From Xylographa opegraphella (Eukaryota): a stretch of 64,000 nt of DNA. Shown one piece after another: positions 1 to 11,738 of this stretch (the stretch's first letter is position 1; the number at the start of each line of letters is the position of its first letter). Both the position numbers and the translations under genes were made by a program. The stretch is taken from the NCBI GenBank assembly GCA_022813865.1, contig JALDZX010000021.1, forward strand, positions 248,001 through 312,000, read 5' to 3'. The notes under the pieces were generated by a model that was not told the DNA's origin, did no database searches, and worked only from the letters and a program-made list of their open reading frames with translations.

Positions 1-508
1 TGATGGATTGTATGCCGATTGGATTGATAAAATACTGTACAGGTGCTCCGGGAATGGCTGGATTTTGAGGCCCGTATGCTCTCTGATCTTCGTCAATCTG
101 AGAGATGCTCATGCCCCAGCTCCGAGCGTTACCAGAACCATGACTCCAAGCTACGGAATATGGATGCGTCCAGACTCCTTGAGTCTGTCCACCAAGGAAG
201 AGATTTGCATAGAACTTATTTGTAGAAACAGGGTTGTTTTGGGTAGCCTATAGAATAATTACTCAGCCAAGGTATCTACTTCTGTAGAAACCAGTTATCT
301 TACAATACCCAACCTTGGTACTGGATGATCACTGCGGGAAGTAATCTGACTTGGTGGCGGGCGAGTGTCGATAGCTTGGAACACGTCGATCAGGTGCGCA
401 ATACCGGTAGCTGTAGGGTATGGACGAGGAGAAAAATTGGCAGTACTTGATAGTGAAGAAGTACCAGATGGCGAAGGAACTGAATACGGCGTATGACTTG
501 CACCGGAG
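1..508 (-). CDS. GH81 endo-1,3(4)-beta-glucanase (Eng1/Acf2 family), partial; gene continues off the window's left edge and its 5' exons upstream of 508 are unresolved
   Basis: Manual minus-strand translation, not in the ORF track: ...IDVFQAIDTRPPPSQITSRSDHPVPRLGI / intron 248-303 (GTAAGA..CTATAG) / ..NNPVSTNKFYANLFLGGQTQGVWTHPYSVAWSHGSGNARSWGMSISQ...YFINPIGIQSI. TNKFYAN, WTHPYS and YFINPIGIQS are typical fungal GH81 N-terminal motifs. Confidence 0.85.
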
Positions 509-1618
509 CTAAATTGCTTGGTTAATTAGAAGACATTCTGTAGGATGGAAATACGCTTGGGCTTGATAGGGCGGGCTTGGTATATGAGGTATAGTGCCTT
601 GCTCAATATAACAGTATGTTGGGAACCTAGAGGTAGAAATTGTGCTCTAGAAGTAGAAACTGTGAACAACATGAACACATGGCAGCAAGAATGCTCAAAC
701 AAGCTGCACACATTATCGAATAGTATCGCGAAAAACCACGTCGACCTCATCCTGATTGATTGCCAACAGAATACTGCCTGTGTATCCGTGCAGTAACATA
801 CTACTTAAGTAGATAATTCGGTACTTCAGGAGTCACATAAAACTGCAAGTAGAGGTGATATATGAATAATGCGTACTCTCAAACAAACACAGTTCATCTA
901 TAGAAATGGAAATATAGCACACTTCGCTTTGTTATGAGACGCAGTCCCGTCTCCTCTAAGGAATGTAAGAAGCGCTTGGCTCGAGCGGGTTCCGAACTCA
1001 GTCGTATACTGTAGATACACCACGATAAGAATAAACAATAAGGCGTACCCAGTATTGCCGGGGAATCCTTGATGGCCACTTCTCAATCGTTGCTTGAGCC
1101 TCGAGAAGACCATTGTGTCTAGGGCAAGTACGGAGAAGATTGACAAGGCTTATATGACACATCTGCGTAGTTAAACAACGACAATTTATCGTCTTTGGTG
1201 TTCGAAAGTGCTGTGTGAGCGGAGTGCTTTACACCTCAGGTGACCAGCGAGATTCCAGGTTGGGATGTGGATATGGTTTTGACGTGACACACCGGAAATT
1301 TTATCGTCCAACATGAGATGTCAATTATAATTGAGATAAGCATATGAAATTAAAGATAAACTGTACATTAGGGGCGCCCAATGTATAGTTACAAACGATC
1401 TTGGTCATGAAATTGTATTCATTCCGTTGGCTCGTTATCCTATAGCGCGTGGACGACCTCCGTTGAAATGGCACTACCGTGCTACGAATAACCAAAATTG
1501 CCCTGTCGGATTCCGTATCCAAGCACGAATCCACACACGCACCTGTTCTGAATGCCCACTACGCTAAGTCGCTATCAACAAAAGTCCGGCACAGTAACCA
1601 CTAGTCTCGCTGCCTCCG

Positions 1619-2947
1619 CTAACTCTCTGCTTCATCCTCAACGCTTGTAGTAATTACGTATGGCAGGTCCAAAGGTCCTGCATTTTCTACCAAGCGGATC
1701 ACGCTTCCTCCGCTCCGCTGCGAACTTGCACTCGACTTGTTCGATCGAACTTTCTGCATAGAGTTATTCGACGAGGTCATTCGCCGTGCCGATGTCGTTT
1801 GCCGTCTCGACCGCACTGATCCTGTTCCTCTCGATGGGTCTCTCGTACGTCTCATTCGCGATGGAGCAGTCCGGACTGTACCTTCACTACCAGCCAGCGA
1901 GCCGCTGGATGATTTGTGATGCAATTGCGGACCATCGAATAAGCCGTTGTACGGCATCGGAGTGTGAAATTGTGTACGCTGAACCGTGTCTGTGGAGCTG
2001 AGACTGCATGCTTCCACGGAAGTCTCACTTTCTGGCTCGCTGTCACTATCCCTGTCCCATTCTTCAGCATGTAGATTGGCTATTATGGCAGGGTCAAGCT
2101 CTTTCATGCCTCGAAGAATCTCGGCGAAGATGCTCATCAATTGGCGGAACTGCGTTTCCGTAAGGGCCTTGTCCGAGAAGCGGGCGTACTCGTATTCCGT
2201 AAGAAACACAGGGCCAAGCGCCGTTGGTTGAATAAGATGGAGCGAGGAAAGATGAGCAATGTAGTCACGAATACCCATCATCGCAGGGCGCTGGAGAAGT
2301 TCGACCGCTAGAGCGTCTGGTAATAGTGGGGCTGCTCTAAGAGGAGCGCTCGCATCGGAGGGTGAAGCATACGATGGATCTGGAGGAGCGAGAGAGACAG
2401 CTTTTGCTTCGATAAGATGCGGAAGTTCAAGGATAACAGGTAGAAAGTGTAGATTTGGGAGATCAGGCGACGACGGCGACGACCAGCCTGGATGAGATAT
2501 TATTCCCCATATCGGCGTGGGGAGCTTCCGCCTCTGCGTGTTCGCAGTGGCGGGTCGCAACGAGGTCTCACAGTCTCTGGGAATTGGAATATCCTGCCTC
2601 AAATCCCTTGGATGAGCATCATACGCTATTGAAGCACTGCGCTGTAGGCCGTTGATTATCATATGGCGAACAGACCTCCCAAAGTCTCCCTTTTTGATAG
2701 GTATCCATGAGCGAGGGATATTGGCTAAGTGAGTCCTCGTAGTATATAATCGGGTTGAATAGATGAGGAGTATGATTAACGACGACAGGATGTATACACC
2801 ACCGATTGTCAAGGCCTGGCCAACGCGATCACTATGCTGCGCTTGATAAATACCATCCCCAGGGCTGACAAGTATCAGAACCACGAGGATCAGGAACAGG
2901 ATTGAGAATGTGGTATTGTAGAATATGCGGAAGAACGGGATATGCAT
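1619..2947 (-). CDS. DLT1: Defect at low temperature protein 1 (Dlt1)-like membrane protein
   Basis: Intronless 442-aa ORF with two N-terminal hydrophobic helices (FRIFYNTTFSILFLILVVLILVSPGD; IGGVYILSSLIILLIYSTRLY), LANIPRSWIPI, ISHPGWSSP, ELPHLIEAKAVS and YEYARFS, as recalled for fungal Dlt1; Ser/Arg-rich tail. Confidence 0.75.
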   Translation of the reverse strand: MHIPFFRIFYNTTFSILFLILVVLILVSPGDGIYQAQHSDRVGQALTIGGVYILSSLIILLIYSTRLYTTRTHLANIPRSWIPIKKGDFGRSVRHMIINGLQRSASIAYDAHPRDLRQDIPIPRDCETSLRPATANTQRRKLPTPIWGIISHPGWSSPSSPDLPNLHFLPVILELPHLIEAKAVSLAPPDPSYASPSDASAPLRAAPLLPDALAVELLQRPAMMGIRDYIAHLSSLHLIQPTALGPVFLTEYEYARFSDKALTETQFRQLMSIFAEILRGMKELDPAIIANLHAEEWDRDSDSEPESETSVEACSLSSTDTVQRTQFHTPMPYNGLFDGPQLHHKSSSGSLAGSEGTVRTAPSRMRRTRDPSRGTGSVRSRRQTTSARRMTSSNNSMQKVRSNKSSASSQRSGGSVIRLVENAGPLDLPYVITTSVEDEAES

Positions 2948-3362
2948 ATTGTGTGCTGCATGGCTGCTCGCAAAAGCCGATTGGTAAAACCTAATGAACC
3001 AGTCTGATGATGATGTCGCTCATGTAGTCCGCAACCCTAAAGGCTACTACTGGCATGCGATGTAAGTTTCCATACCTACTATACATCTATCTTGTGTCTG
3101 GACTTCAGACACGGATAACAAAGAGAAGGTACCTACTGAATAGTCTAGTGGCGCTGATTCTCTAGCTCTCTAGCTTTGGTGAATCCAACCAATGATGCAG
3201 CATGTCCTAGGATAAGTCAGCATAAGCGATCCTGCCAATCACAGCTAAGCTTCAATTCTACCCGTCATTTCGCGACCTTTAGTTGTTCAACGTCCGAAAA
3301 CGAAAACTATTCCCTAAAGGACCACTTTGCTTTAAAGCGTCTCCTTCGCTCAATTGCCCACG

Positions 3363-4086
3363 ATGGGGCTCACTGATCTCTTCGCCGATCTCTATTCTGC
3401 ATTATCCTTCACCGAGGTGCACGCTGAAGCCCCAGAGGCGGAGGAAAAGGACGAAGAAGGGGGCGAATCAAATTCAGGAGAAGAGAAGGAGGAAGGGGGT
3501 GAAAGCGAAGGAGAGGAGGTCGAAGAAGAAGGAAGCGGGGACGACGAGGGAGGAGAGGAAGAGGACGGCGGAGAAGAAGAAGAAGAGGAGGAAGAAGAAG
3601 AGGAGGAGCCGGAAGACCCAAAGCCAAAGCTCGAAGAAGGTTGGTTCCGAACGTCTCTATCCACAGTTGTGGTTTCTTACATTAGGAGAATCATCATCCG
3701 CCACTAAAGGGCTGTCTGCTGTTCATCTGCAATCATGTAGCATCGTAGAAGCAAAACAGTTCGAGCTGACCGTTCTTACAGAATGCGCCCACTCCGCCCA
3801 ATGCGCTCCTCTGAAGCATCACTACGATGAGTGTGTCGAGCGAGTAACTGCACATCAAAACGACCCCCATCAGGGCAAAGCTAAGGGGGAGGACTGTATC
3901 GAGGAATGTAAGTGTACACGGTTCGAGTCAAATACCCACAAGCTTCGTACCCATTGTCAACGCTTCCTCTTAGGCATGTGTACTTCTCACTCAGAGATGC
4001 TAATTGGAATCTACGAAATAGTCTTCCACCTTCAGCATTGCGCCACGCAGTGCGCAGCTCCGAAGCTCTTCAGGATGTTGAAGTAA
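3363..4086 (+). CDS. QCR6: Ubiquinol-cytochrome c reductase hinge subunit 6 (3 exons: 3363-3639, 3782-3907, 4022-4086)
   Basis: Very acidic N-terminus, then DPKPKLEEECAHSAQCAPLKHHYDECVERV...EDCIEEFFHLQHCATQCAAPKLFRMLK (UCR_hinge motif); both introns are GT..AG and keep the frame. Confidence 0.95.
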
Positions 4087-5098
4087 ATTCGATAGTGCCA
4101 CCGAAGCATGCACATCCAACTGGATGTTGGACAATCGCCTCCTGTCCCAAGAAACGTTCCACCATTGTTGGAGGACCAGCTGAGAGGGTTCGAAACTTGT
4201 ATAGCCGCTTACTACCTCTTGTATTGTTTACGTGTACATCTCAAGTGTTTTCGCATCAATAGAGTCAGCATCCACAAATCAGTGGCCAAGATATAATCGA
4301 TGTTCGCACATTCTCTAGGGTCTAGAGCTTGATTTATGGGCCATAACGTACCGCCAATGTGATATCATTATGGCTGGGGCTTCTCACATTTGGATGGCCA
4401 GGGTACAAAGCCATGGCGGTCCCAATGCGGCAATGTCCCGTCAGTATCGGCGGTACTGTGTAAAATACTTGTACCTTGCACAACCGTGTCGAGCCACCAA
4501 AAGGCCCATAGCATGCATGTTCATCACCGATGCCTGCGCTCTGCCAAGCTCAGCCGATGAATCCAGATTCCAGGGCCTTGCTCCGCCACGCTTGGCGCGA
4601 GGGGAATCGTCATCGCGCCAAGGATTAGCGGATGCACAAGGAAGGCCGACAAATATCATTCGAGTGATCCACCGTTGCTATCGTAACCCCTTCGCAATAG
4701 AAACTTCATACGGACGATGGGTCTGTGTCATTTATCCATTACGTCCCACCTCAGCCACTAGCGGTCCGCGACCGTCAGTCAGTCCGACAATCTGCCTCGC
4801 CGGGTAGCTTTGGCATTAATTCTAAGCATATCTGAGATATCTATTCGTCTCTCCGTTCCTTTCGGAGCGAGTTGGACTAGCTATGGGTGAGCATTCGCAT
4901 TCGTTCAAAATGACGCCTAATGGCTTGTTCATATGCTTTGTTCCAATGAGCTAGTACTACACGTCTTTGCAAAGTCACCTTTAACCCAAAAATCATACCG
5001 TGGAAGTCATTACTGATATATCTATATTAGCAGCAGCAGGAATTAAGAAGCAGATTAATCGTCAGATCTCCAACCATACCCGAAGTGCGAATCGTAAC

Positions 5099-6509
5099 AT
5101 GCCTTCGGAGAATGGCAATGGTGCCACCGAGCGCACCTCTCTGCTCGCCCATCCGCTTCAATATATGGATGAACACCCTCTGTACAAGGATGAAAGAGCC
5201 TACGTGCGCTGGCCGGCATATACCGCCCATATCGCTTATCTGACACTCAAGAGCAACTATGTCAACGTGCTGCTTGTCTTTGTTCCGCTGGGAATTATTG
5301 CAGGTGCCATGGGCTGGAATCCGACGGCTGTGTTCCTTCTCAATTTCTTTGCCATCATGCCGCTGGCCTCTCTTCTCAGTTTTGCGACAGAGGAGCTGTC
5401 GGTGAAACTAGGGCAGACGCTCGGTGGACTTCTCAACGCAACGTTTGGAAACGCGGTTGAGCTGATTGTAAGATTATATATCGTTGTCAATGTGTACGAG
5501 TTCTAAAATACTTCTAGGTCAGCATAGTTGCTCTTAGGGATGGACAAATAAGAATCGTCCAGTCGAGTATGCTGGGCTCTATACTATCAAATATGCTGCT
5601 TGTATTAGGCTGCTGTTTTCTTGCCGGAGGCTCGCGGCATCGTGAGCAGCATTTCAACTCGCTTGTGGCTTCGACCATGTCTTCTCTTATGGCTGTCGCT
5701 TCGGTATCTTTAATTATTCCTGCTACGCTCTACAATGTCATGGCTGCGAATGGAAACACCACCGACAAGGAAGACAACATCCTTATTCTTTCTCATGGAA
5801 CCGCGATAATCATGTTGATGCTCTACGTGCTCTACCTTTTCTTCCAACTGAAGACTCACTCGTACATATTTGATGAGGAGGATCAGGGAGAGGACGGCGA
5901 GGAACCTGAGGAGGCCCAGATCTTAAGCCCTTGGGCGGCTGGCATTGCACTCGTTGTTGTGACAGTCATGGTAGCTGTGTGTGCCGAATACCTTGTGGAT
6001 AGCATTGATGCTATCGTGCAGACAGCACATATCAGTAAGACTTTCATTGGATTGATATTGCTCCCTATTGTCGGAAATGCTGCAGAGCATGTCACTGCGG
6101 TGGTAGTGTCAGTGAAGAACAAGATGGATCTCGCAATCGGTGTTGCAATGGGGAGCAGTTTGCAAATCGCCCTCGGTGTCACGCCGTTTTTGGTGATCCT
6201 TGGTTGGATAATAGATCAACCTATGACTCTACACTTTGAGACATTTGAAACGGTGGTATTCTTCCTGAGTGTACTAGTTGTAAACTGTAAGCATAGCCTC
6301 TCTTCCAAATTCTTCAGCTTTGTGCTGACAATGATTCAAGACTTGATACAGGATGGCAAGTCTAATTACCTAGAAGGAGCTATGCTGATTGGAACGTGAG
6401 TGGCAGAGTTCTTGCACTATAGACGCGTCTGCTGATTCAAACTAGATACGTGATCATTGCGCTTGCTTTTTACGTCTATCCCGACGTCCCTGGAAAAAAA
6501 GGATATTGA
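5099..6509 (+). CDS. VCX1: Vacuolar Ca2+/H+ exchanger (CAX family), 4 exons
   Basis: Alpha-repeat signatures GGLLNATFGNAVELI and LLPIVGNAAEH, plus LGSILSNMLLVLG, KNKMDLAIGVAMGSSLQIAL and DGKSNYLEG. Introns at ~5468-5517, ~6287-6340 and ~6396-6445; last exon YVIIALAFYVYPDVPGKKGY*. Confidence 0.95.
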
Positions 6510-7039
6510 GAGATTTCTGTTGAATTTCTAGTCCCTTGGCTTGGTGTACTATAATGCAGAGCTTATGCTAAGGGCACTTTTATCTTGATACCCAGTTTGC
6601 CTGATGAAGGGCTGTATATAATGGCAATGTATTCTGCTTGGCGATGTATACTCTCTAGGAGATCAGGTACATACAATTTGATTTCATTTAAAGCTGCGTG
6701 TATGCATCTCCAAACTCATGAACAGCACGCATGGTGTAAAGCGGGTGCTGAGTTCTGTTTCATTTGCTGGAAGATTTAACCCTTATCAGATCAGGCTTAG
6801 CCGTATTGGGTCTGGACTGTCGGCCTGAACCAGATCCCGAACGCCGATCGGAGCTTCAAATGTCGTCACTAAAGTCTGCTTTGCGGAACAAACATGTGAT
6901 TTCCACCACACCCCTACCACCAGGCATCAGCCCAAGGGTCCTGAAGCCAAATACCTTAAGGTGTATCAGCTCAATTGTCTCCAGATATGCGAATACAGTG
7001 AACAATAGCTCAGTTCTGCACTATACGAGCCCCGCCATT

Positions 7040-8178
7040 ATGACCGTTCTTTCCACCCTTCTGCACGCAAACGCTTTCCGCTCCCCTTTCCTCAGCACAC
7101 TCCTCCCATCCATTGGTCTCGCATACGGCATTCAGGGCCTTGTCGCTATTCCCTCCATCGTCGCTCAATCCGAGAAGTTCTATGATCTCTCCGGCTCCCT
7201 GACCTACCTCTCCTGCACAGCACTATCATTGTATCTACCCACAATTCGAGCCCGCCATGCAGCTCAGCTTGCCGGCACAATCAAGCCAGCTTGGCCGAGT
7301 CTGGTCGGGGCCTTGATGGGGAAAGCAGGCAGTGGTTTGAACTGGAGGCAGGTGGTTCTGAGTGCAGCGGTCAGCGTATGGGCCACAAGGTGTATGTGAT
7401 TGGCCCAGAATATGGTCAATTGAGAGGTCATTATATGCTTGAATGCAAGCTAATGGTATGATTCTCATACATAGTGGGTACCTATCTCTTTCAGCGGATA
7501 TCGGCCGACGGTACCGACTCCCGTTTTGACAAGATCCGTGGCAACCCTCCCGTATTCCTCGGTGCCTTCTTCGCTCAAGCGACCTGGGTCTCTCTGTGCC
7601 TTCTTCCTGTTCTTGCGCTCAATTCTCTTCCGTCCACACTCCTTAGCACTGCCTCGCCCATCCTGTTGACCGACATTATTGGCCTTCTGCTATACACTGG
7701 CGGGCTTTCGTTTGAGATCATTGCCGATAGACAGAAGAGCAAATGGGTTGAAGAAAAGAAAGCGAAGAAGCATAGCGAGGAGTTTTTGACGAGGGGCTTG
7801 TGGAGCAAAAGTCGACATCCTAATTATTTTGGGGAAAGTACGTTGTGGTCGGGGATTGCGGTGGTTGCAGGAGGGGTGCTGTGCTCGAATGTAGGACAGG
7901 TAGGCATGGGCTTTGCTGGAGGTATTGGTGGAATCATGGCGGCAGCCGCGATGGCTGGAGTGAGTCCGGCGTTTGTGACGTTTTTGCTGCTGAAGGTATG
8001 CGTACCCAAGTCGCGACGCTTTTCCTTGGTCCGATTATGACTGTAACAGCCATGTACTAATATTGAATAGGTGTCAGGAGTACCGTTGAGCGAGACCAAG
8101 TACGATAAGAAGTACGGGGATCGCAAAGACTATCAGGAGTGGAAGAAGAACACACCAATGTTTATTCCCAAGATATAA
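7040..8178 (+). CDS. DUF1295 / steroid 5-alpha-reductase-like integral membrane protein, 3 exons
   Basis: Motifs SEKFYDLSGS, WATRxGTYLFQRI, DSRFDKIR, EIIADRQK, GLWSKSRHPNYFGE and VSGVPLSETKYDKKYG...YQEWKKNTPMF; introns near 7391-7474 and 7996-8070. Confidence 0.9.
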
Positions 8179-8486
8179 GCACAATAGTTGTGAGTCTTGG
8201 CAAGAAGTAGATATTGGAGCATAGTGTGTTACAGGTAAAAGAAACTGATGGGTTACCTTGCATGAATACTGACAGCTTGCTCCACAATACGGACGAGCAT
8301 TGTTATTGTGTTGTGAAAATATAATGTGCCTTAACATCTCAATATAGGATTTATTTGTCCGGAGTCCAGATCAGCCGTCGATCTAAAAGGCAAAAAGTTC
8401 AGATACCCGAAGGTATCCTATGAAAACTACTGTAATATGAGTGGTTTTGCTACAAAGCCAAGAGGACAGCACTTTTTCAGCGAATC

Positions 8487-8581
8487 GCTCTCACCGGGAA
8501 TCGAACCCCCGACCTTGTTTCATGGTGCTCTATAGCAGCCACGCTTAATCCATTGAGCTAAGCTCTCCGGATCGGTGAGAG
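8487..8581 (-). pseudogene. Degenerate tRNA / tRNA-derived element (possibly tRNA-Ile(UAU) relic)
   Basis: Minus strand has Pol III A-box TAGCTCAATGG (8560-8550), B-box GGTTCGATTCC (8507-8497) and a 3' acceptor-like TGAGAGC. The T-stem has mismatches and the matching 5' acceptor strand (CTCTCA) is displaced by a ~15-nt insertion. Confidence 0.6.
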
Positions 8582-9063
8582 AACATGCTCTTATCTGGTT
8601 TATATTCGTCTGCCTCATCGTTAACAAGCACCAATTTACTTCAGTTTTACTTCATTAAATGTTACCATCACTCATTGAGAGCTCCTTCTGCGCGATTCAG
8701 TTGGAATATGGAAAAGTAGAAACTACCTTACTAGCGATGAGATGTTGTCTCTTCTCTATATCAAACTGTAGTGACTATCAGCGACTCCTGGCCCATATGG
8801 CAAGCGGGCTATATTAGTCCCTTTCTATCTTCTCTGAACGCTTACAGCAAGACTCTCCCACTGATGAGTACAAGGCCCTTACATCGAACAGCTTACAGGA
8901 CTAAACTCTTTTCCTTGGTCCCCATCTCAAAACCGGAGCCAGTTTAGAGAATTTCGGAGAGGAGATGCATTTTTCCCTTCACCTTTTTCTCCAACCGTGC
9001 CATTGCGTGCAGTCCTATATCATCGTCCACACCCTCTGATAACCCCAATAGCGGTGATCAAGC

Positions 9064-9384
9064 TTAGGATTTTCGCCATTCCTCCGGCAGATCCATTCCC
9101 ACCCTCCGTGCTGTCAGCCGCACCCTCTCCTCCTCATCCATACCCATTCCCGGATTGTATCGCTCCAGTAAGGTCGCATACATGCGTTGTGCGCGGGCAT
9201 ACTGTACGTATTGCTCCGCCGCAAGGAAATCGTATTCTGACGATGTTGAGGGAGAAGGCGTAGTGGAGAAGGAAGAGCGGATGCGCTGCTGAAGAGGCGA
9301 AGGGGTGGAGAGCGGTCGGTGGGGAAGCTCACGCAGAATAGAGCGGTAGAGGGAACGGAGAGCTGGGGGCGTTGTGGGCGCCAT
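9064..9384 (-). CDS. FMC1: Mitochondrial F1Fo ATP synthase assembly factor Fmc1 (LYR family)
   Basis: 106 aa: LRSLYRSILRELP (LYR motif), QYARAQRMYATLLERYNPG and EERVRLTARRVGMDLP. Confidence 0.88.
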   Translation of the reverse strand: MAPTTPPALRSLYRSILRELPHRPLSTPSPLQQRIRSSFSTTPSPSTSSEYDFLAAEQYVQYARAQRMYATLLERYNPGMGMDEEERVRLTARRVGMDLPEEWRKS

Positions 9385-9567
9385 TGATCAGTTGATGAAA
9401 GAGGAGATGCTGCGAGCGTCGGAGTCTAGCGTACGACGGGGAGTGGAGGTGGAAATAGACGGTTGGCAATGCGGCGAATCTTCAAACAGGGGTTTGATTG
9501 GTTGATCCGATTTCCCTCGCAGTTCCAGAACAAAACCGATTCGACTCGCAGACGTTATTACATACTT

Positions 9568-10663
9568 ATGCTTGCGCCCACTTTACGACGTGTGCAGCTG
9601 GCGCTATTTTCGCCCCAACTGTGGTTACTCACACACCTGGTGAGATTTCAATCGTCTTCAGCTACAGTCACAGGACAACCCCAGTCCGTGCGAACTCCAC
9701 CTATACCAATCGTCCCCCAACCTGCGGGAGAGGATAAAAACCGATCCCAAATAAGATCAGCTGCAAAAGCCAAGTCGGTGCCTTCTACTGTACTCTCCCA
9801 CTATTATGACACTGCTCGCCCAGACGCCGCCCAACTGCGGATGGCAGACGATTTTTTCCGTGCCCACCCACCCTCCATCCTATTCTCTACGGGAAAATTT
9901 CGGACAGTGAAGTTCACCGATGTCCCAGAGGTCGCATTCCTGGGGCGCTCGAACGTAGGCAAATCGACTTTGCTCAATGCACTGATGGGTCAGAGCATCT
10001 GCCATACTAGCCGGCACCCAGGAAGGACAAAGACTATGAATGGGTTTGCCGTTGGGGGGCCTGATGGGATGGGGCATCCTGGGAGATTGACAGTGCTCGA
10101 TATGCCGGGCTATGGACACGGTAGTCGAGAAGAGTGGGGATCAGAGATTGTGAAGTATCTTGTTGGGAGGAAAGAGTACGGCGCCTGCGTTATCTCCCTT
10201 TTCGAACAATAGCTGATGTCGGAGTAGGCTGCGGCGGGCTTTTCTTCTTGTGGATCCTCTCCACGGCCTCAAGCAGTCAGACGAGACTATTCTGGCTCTC
10301 TTCCGCCATAATTCCATTCCGCACCAGGTCGTGCTGTCTAAAGTCGACCGCATCCTGTTGCCAAGTTCAAAATCGAGAAGCATTTCCGAGGAGAAGCTGG
10401 CGAAACATGCTATAGAGCTACAGCATATCGTGGAGAAGATTCGCACGCAAATACAGCCGAAAAATGATGGTCCACCAGCTCTAGGAGAGATCTTGACCTG
10501 TAGCGCGGACAATGAAAGATGGAAAGTGCTGTCGTCTGAACCAAAGGGGAGGTTGGGAATAAGTGCATTACGATGGGCTGTGCTTGCTGCTACTGGGCTG
10601 CACCAGAAGACTTCGGATGTGGAAGTGCAAGAGAGTCTGTCAGTGTTAGAGGAGAGCACATGA
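9568..10663 (+). CDS. EngB/YihA-family GTPase (mitochondrial Mrx8-like), 2 exons (intron 10176-10227)
   Basis: G1 PEVAFLGRSNVGKS, G2 PGRTK, G3 DMPGYG, G4 SKVD; presequence-like N-terminus; splicing gives ELRRAFLLVDPLHGLK. Confidence 0.88.
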
Positions 10664-10793
10664 TGGATTGATACCAACGAAGCGGCGAGCTGACAGGAAT
10701 CGAAGCAAAATTACTACGCTTTCTAGCACGGTAGTGGTTTGGAGCTTTACAGTGGTCAGTACGCTAGTCAACGTTCTCTATTCTGCTAACTAG

Positions 10794-11738
10794 CTATTCA
10801 GTAGAATATTTTCTCAAAGAAATGAGCGAAAGGTTCTGGGGTCGTCGCCCTTGCGGTTTGTGTGTTACCCACCCAGGAGGTAGCACATCTAATAGATGCT
10901 CCTGGAGCGAACCTAAGAGGTATCGCTCGAAACACCGATCACGAAGTCTGTCCTGCAGGTCTTTGTTATGATCACGGGCCGCGTAATGGCTCCTTCGAGA
11001 GTGCTGGATCTCGACGCGGATGTAGCGGAGCGACGACATGTAAAGCAACGCTCCATTTAGCCTGATCCCGACCTGTCCATTCACCCTCGTTGCATTCGCT
11101 TCGACTATGAGATTCGCCCTCCATATGTTCCGCAGCGATGTTTCCGGGGCAGTGGCCATACGTTTTAGATGATCGATCCCGCGGTTGTCAGCGACAAAGT
11201 CCCATTCCATGCGCTCCAAGAAATAGCTCTGTGCCTCGGTCCGGATGTTCTTGCTCAAACGGAGTATTGCGAGGGCATAAGTATCGCGCCTGCTACCCTT
11301 GCGAGACCTCCTGCTCGGATGCCCCCAGCGAATGTCTGCGAAGATATAGGAATAGACAAACTCACGCAGCTCCAAGGGCAAGTCCATAAAGTTCTTCCCA
11401 AGAGGTCGATGAACTATACTGCTGGCGTTTGCCCTCCGATTTGCGTTTGGGATATGCGGCCTGTGTGCGATTGAATCTTCGAGCTTCACGGGCGGCCGCA
11501 TCGTTTGGCATGATCCGTTGCATAATTGTCTATAGTTCTCTTGGGTAATATGTATCCATTCTCTGTGAGCTCCGGTAGTATCCACCATCGCTGCGGGCGT
11601 GTGCGTTTCCCGCTGGGCAGATCTCATGCTCTGTCCAGGCGGTCGCGGAGGCACTTTCGGCTTCCCCCACCGCTGCACCCACTCGCAGAACTCTCTGATC
11701 GGAGCGTCTTGTCTCGGGTCCGGGACGGAGGGAAGCGC
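10794..11738 (-). CDS. Uncharacterised protein with an F-box-like/2EXR-type motif; probable terminal exon, with further Pro-rich upstream exons possible up to ~12670
   Basis: The 294-aa ORF contains FMDLPLELREFVYSYIF and ILRLSKNIRTEA, which resemble fungal F-box-like orphans. An acceptor-like GCTGAT..TAG lies at ~11739, and an upstream ATG GCA AAC C|GTACGC at ~12670. Confidence 0.55.
   Translation of the reverse strand, partial: ALPSVPDPRQDAPIREFCEWVQRWGKPKVPPRPPGQSMRSAQRETHTPAAMVDTTGAHREWIHITQENYRQLCNGSCQTMRPPVKLEDSIAHRPHIPNANRRANASSIVHRPLGKNFMDLPLELREFVYSYIFADIRWGHPSRRSRKGSRRDTYALAILRLSKNIRTEAQSYFLERMEWDFVADNRGIDHLKRMATAPETSLRNIWRANLIVEANATRVNGQVGIRLNGALLYMSSLRYIRVEIQHSRRSHYAARDHNKDLQDRLRDRCFERYLLGSLQEHLLDVLPPGWVTHKPQGRRPQNLSLISLRKYSTE

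Noticed and set aside
3283..4086. 267-aa Lys/Arg-rich ORF
   Set aside because: Off-frame reading of the QCR6 acidic exon running through its introns.
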